The notes beneath the pieces are model-generated. The model was not told where the DNA came from, did no database searches, and worked only from the letters and a program-made list of their open reading frames with translations. Of a stretch of 64,000 bases of DNA, positions 1-64,000 are shown piece after piece. Numbering within the stretch: position 1 is the first letter of the stretch; the number at the start of each line of letters is the position of its first letter. The position numbers and the translations under genes are program-made. Source of the stretch: Paraspadella gotoi (Eukaryota > Animalia > Chaetognatha); NCBI GenBank assembly GCA_051294375.1, contig CM119266.1, forward strand, positions 9,432,538 to 9,496,537, in the 5' to 3' direction.

Positions 1-397
1 TTCTCTTCTTCTTTATTTATCGTCAAAGTCAGGCCTCTCTCCCTTATTTTTCTCCCTCAGACATATTTTCTGACATCTACTACATTAATAGCAGTTTTTT
101 TCTTTCTCTCACTCTCTCACTCACTCACTCACTCACTCTCGACGTAAAAAAGTCTAGGCAAGGAGAGGCGGGTAGAGATTGGACGACGCCGTCTTGACAA
201 GCCAAGAATTGAACGAAAAAGAAAACAAGACGAAAACGAAGAATACAATAGAAAAAGAAAAAGGCAGTCAAGAAAAAAAGAGAGAGAGAAAGAGAGAGAG
301 CGCGCTCCTTATTTATCGATCGAAGTGCCCTATGGAGACGCCTATCGCGACGTCAACTCTCCCCGCCCTCGCCATGTCATCGGGGCTTAAAATCGCA

Positions 398-60628
<60,231 letters not shown>

Positions 60629-60912
60629 CTGAATGGAAAGGAAGTCATAGTTGTAAGAGCAAAATTAAATTTTCATGAAAGATTAATTAAATTTTCTCTC
60701 AATTTCATGACGAACAATTTTAATTTTGCGGCGAGCAAATTCAATCTCTGTCATTTGACGGGGAACTCGCGTCAAGATACAGTCATATGCGGGTCTTTGC
60801 CAACGAAAAAATTAAAGCCGAAAAACGAGACACATCTAACGTGATGGCGGAGTCCAAGAGCCAGTAAACAAATTTATCATTTTCTGGATTTCCTTTAAGA
60901 CATCCAAATATC

Positions 60913-63489
60913 ATGGCAGCGTCGAAAAACAAGTAAATGAATTTCTATTTTTTTTTTTCGCAATTTAAGCGTGAGTAAAGTTTCCCCCTTCATCTAATTT
61001 ACGAGGAACTAACAGACGCGACCGGATTTAAAATCGTCGTTTTTTTAATTATCGACAATTTTCTAAAAAAATTTAATCTTTATAGGTATTGGATTGTAAC
61101 TGAAGATTATGAATCACCCAAAGTACTATCGGCCAGACATGATTTCAATGCTTCCTATGTGGAAGGGGGGCTCAACTTATATTGCAAATCTAAGTATAGA
61201 ATTATATCACAAATTGATAACGAGTGGCTGGAAGTTGAAGATATTAAAACAAAAAAAACTGGTATCGTTCCAAGTTCATATTTTTCTCACATACCAATGG
61301 AACTGCGCAAATCTGATCACTTAATTATACAATTCAAAGAACAAGCTTGGTGCTGGGCTCACAACATAAATACCGGCGCTTCAGGATGGGCACATGAATC
61401 ATGTATTGCGGAATGCTTTGGTGAAACTTGCACTCATTCTTGTCACGAAACAGCAGAAACAGAAACCAGATTACAAGCTAAATATTCTTTTGAGAAAGAG
61501 GGTTATGATCAGGCAATCGACATTGAAGCTGGTAACTACTACTTACTAATTTTTGACACAAAAGACGGTTGGCTGGTAATTAAAGATGAAGAAACCGGTA
61601 TCATAGGTAAAGCACCAAAAGATTATTTTATGATTCAGGAAAACTCTGAGGCCCAAAACGTTAAAGATTCTTGCAAAGTTTTCGTGGCAATTGCTGATTA
61701 TAAGAACCATTCTGATGCCCAGGTTCTTTCAATCAAAAAAGGGGATTTGCTCGAAATTATAGGAAATTCAGACTTTCCTGATTATTGGTATCATGTTAAA
61801 AATATTAAATCCGGCGTGATAGGAGATGTACCCAAGTCATTCGTGAAACTCAAAACTTTTCTAAACTCATCGGAACCACAAGAGGTACCTGATAGATCCC
61901 CAGAAAATTCATTAACTACAGAGTGTTCTGATTCTGAAAAAGAAAACCTTTCAAAGAGCAAAAGAACAAAAAAACGCATCAAATTTTTAATGGCAAAGGA
62001 AGAGCATTCTGCCGGGACTAGCGTCGAAGAAATTAAATATGAAATTGGGGACGAATTTGAGCTTCTTGGGTTGTTGGGGCGCCATGGACGCCTACATGTT
62101 TTACATCTCGACTCCAACTTGGAGGGTGAAATACATGAATCAAAAGTTGAAGAGGTATCTGACAGTCTTTGGCAACATCCCTGGTATCATGGAAAACTTT
62201 CTCGTGTTTCGGCTTTTACCATGCTTAAATCTCAACACACAGGAACTTTTTTAGTGAGAAAAAGTCAAAGTAATGAAGGATTCACCGTTTCTATAAAGGC
62301 AGCTTATAATATTTATAACTGGAAAATAAATCAAAGAGAGGCAAAAGTTTATATTGATAATTCCAATGATTTCGATTCAATCCCCGAATTAATCAAACAT
62401 TTCTCTAGCGAAGTGAACCCATTAGAAAATTGTAAAACGCTATTTTTTAAAAAACCAGCAACCAGGCAAAGACCGCAACTCAGAGAAGAAGGTGAATGGG
62501 AAATTCCACGTTCCAACATTAAAGTCTATAGACTATTGGGCAGTGGGTATTTTGGCGAAGTCCACGAGGGGGAGTGGACGACAAAAAACGGAGCTCGTAA
62601 AGTCGCGGTCAAATCATTAAAGCCGGGAAAAATGTCAATCTCTAAGTTTCTCCGCGAAGCAGAAGTAATGAAAAGGTTGCAGCATCCGAACATATTACGA
62701 ATACTCGGTAAGTAGTTATACAAACGTAGTATTTAAAACGGAATTTTTGAAACATTTTTGCCTTGTATAGGAATTGTTACCAAGGATCCATCTGGTCAAG
62801 TTATTATTTTAACCGAATATATGCAAAATGGAGACCTCCGCCGCTATATCATGAACGACGCTAATAAAATCCACGACGATAGACATTTTTTCGAATTATC
62901 TTGTCACATTTGCACAGGAATGGTTTACCTGGAAAAGCGAAACGTAATTCACAGAGACCTTGCCGCGCGAAATATACTCGTCGACGAAAATGGTACGGCA
63001 AAAATAGCCGACTTCGGACTAACCACTGCTCTCGAAGACGAGGAAGACTACTACAGGTGTGACTCGAAACAGTATTGAAGCCGAGATCGAAGTAAACGAT
63101 ACGCTCATTGATTTCTTTTCCTCAGAGGAGACGCAGATTCGACATTTCCGCGACGATGGGCGGCGTTGGAATGTTTGGAGCGCTTGATATGCACCACGAA
63201 AAGCGACGTCTGGTCATTCGGCGTCACAATGTGGGAAATCTTTACGCGAGGCGAACGTCCCTTCTCTACTTTGAAGAACGAAGAGGTCGTCCAATCTCTC
63301 ATTCGGGGACAAAGACTTCCGAAAACCACAAAATACGTTCAAATTAACGAAGACGCCTACAGAATTATGAATCGTTGCTGGAACAAAAACCCAGCAAAAA
63401 GAGACTCCTTTGCTGAAATGCAGCCACAACTCGAAAGACTATTCTTGGACGCCCTGTCTCGATTAAAGAGACCCGCTACTTCCGAATAA
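60913..63489 (+). CDS. Non-receptor tyrosine kinase with multiple SH3, SH2 and kinase domains (Src/Frk/Abl-related), ~763 aa; exons 60913-60932, 61086-62707, 62771-63056, 63126-63489
   Basis: SH2 WYHGKLSR...GTFLVRKS; kinase LGSGYFGEV, VAVK, HRDLAARN, DFG, SDVWSFG; splice phases close correctly. The first micro-exon is inferred. Confidence 0.93.
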
Positions 63490-63662
63490 TTCCCTTTTCC
63501 TTTCAACGTTTCTTACTACTAGAATAATTGTAAATAATTTCTAATGTTCGGGGGAAATTCGAATTAAACTAAAATTTGACACAGTAATATATTTGTACAA
63601 ATATTATAGAGCAAATAAAAATATTGTTTTAAATTAAAAGAAACAAACGGATGTCCTCTCTC

Positions 63663-64000
63663 TCAGTCGTCGTCCTCATCCTCGTCTTCGCCACCGCCAC
63701 CTTCTCCTCCTTCCCCGCCCTCTCCCACTTTTTTCTCCAAGAGCTTCCGCAGGGCTTCTTCTTCTTCCGGCGTCGGGTCCACAGTTTCCTCGATCTCCGG
63801 ACCCACTGGATATTCTCTCTACGAGTGCGGGAGCCAAAAGTTTTATATCAAAATGTCGCGATTCAAACACGCTAAGGTCAAAGGCACTGACCCACGGCAT
63901 AGTCGGTAGCTCCGGTTGAAACTCTCCCTTCAAATATTTGAGACCGCTTCCCACGTATATGTTGAAAAACTTTTTTCCCGTTGACAGAGACACTGCACCG
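63663..64000 (-). CDS. RSPH4A: Radial spoke head protein 4/6 (RSPH4A/6A-like), last two exons (63892-64000+, 63663-63818)
   Basis: GAVSLSTGKKFFNIYVGSGLKY...PELPTMPW|REYPVGPEIEETVDPTPEEEEALR...EDEDEDDD* matches the recalled RSPH4/6 C-terminus (GKKFEN.YIGWG.KY...EYPSGPEI.E..DP..EEE plus acidic tail). Confidence 0.85.

Overview
AT-rich invertebrate-animal genomic scaffold with short GT-AG introns, microsatellites and three N-gaps; there are no prokaryotic features. A large multi-exon furry (fry/FRY-like) gene runs on the minus strand across essentially the whole window, with both ends probably outside it. Five other genes sit inside its introns: (1) a 3-exon, ~200-aa secreted or GPI-type protein made of two tandem 4-Cys units, each preceded by a cationic amphipathic helix (9851-10709, +); (2) a divergent, roughly 25-exon TMC (transmembrane channel-like) gene almost invisible in the ORF track (~21.7-44.8 kb, +); (3) a rhodopsin-class peptide GPCR (56328-58828, +); (4) a tyrosine kinase with about five SH3-like modules, SH2 and kinase domain (60913-63489, +); (5) the 3' end of a radial spoke head RSPH4/6 gene on the same strand as fry. 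Introns are packed with non-autonomous DNA transposons (8-, 7-, 9-bp, TA and TTAA TSDs, including a four-level nest), Helentron/DINE-1-like elements, tRNA-derived SINEs and a gypsy fragment. Penelope-like repeats carry minimal hammerhead ribozymes, including a 1.2-kb palindrome with a hammerhead on each strand. Two near-identical duplications flanking 25-N gaps are probably assembly artefacts. All calls were made by eye; family names come from recalled motifs, not database searches.
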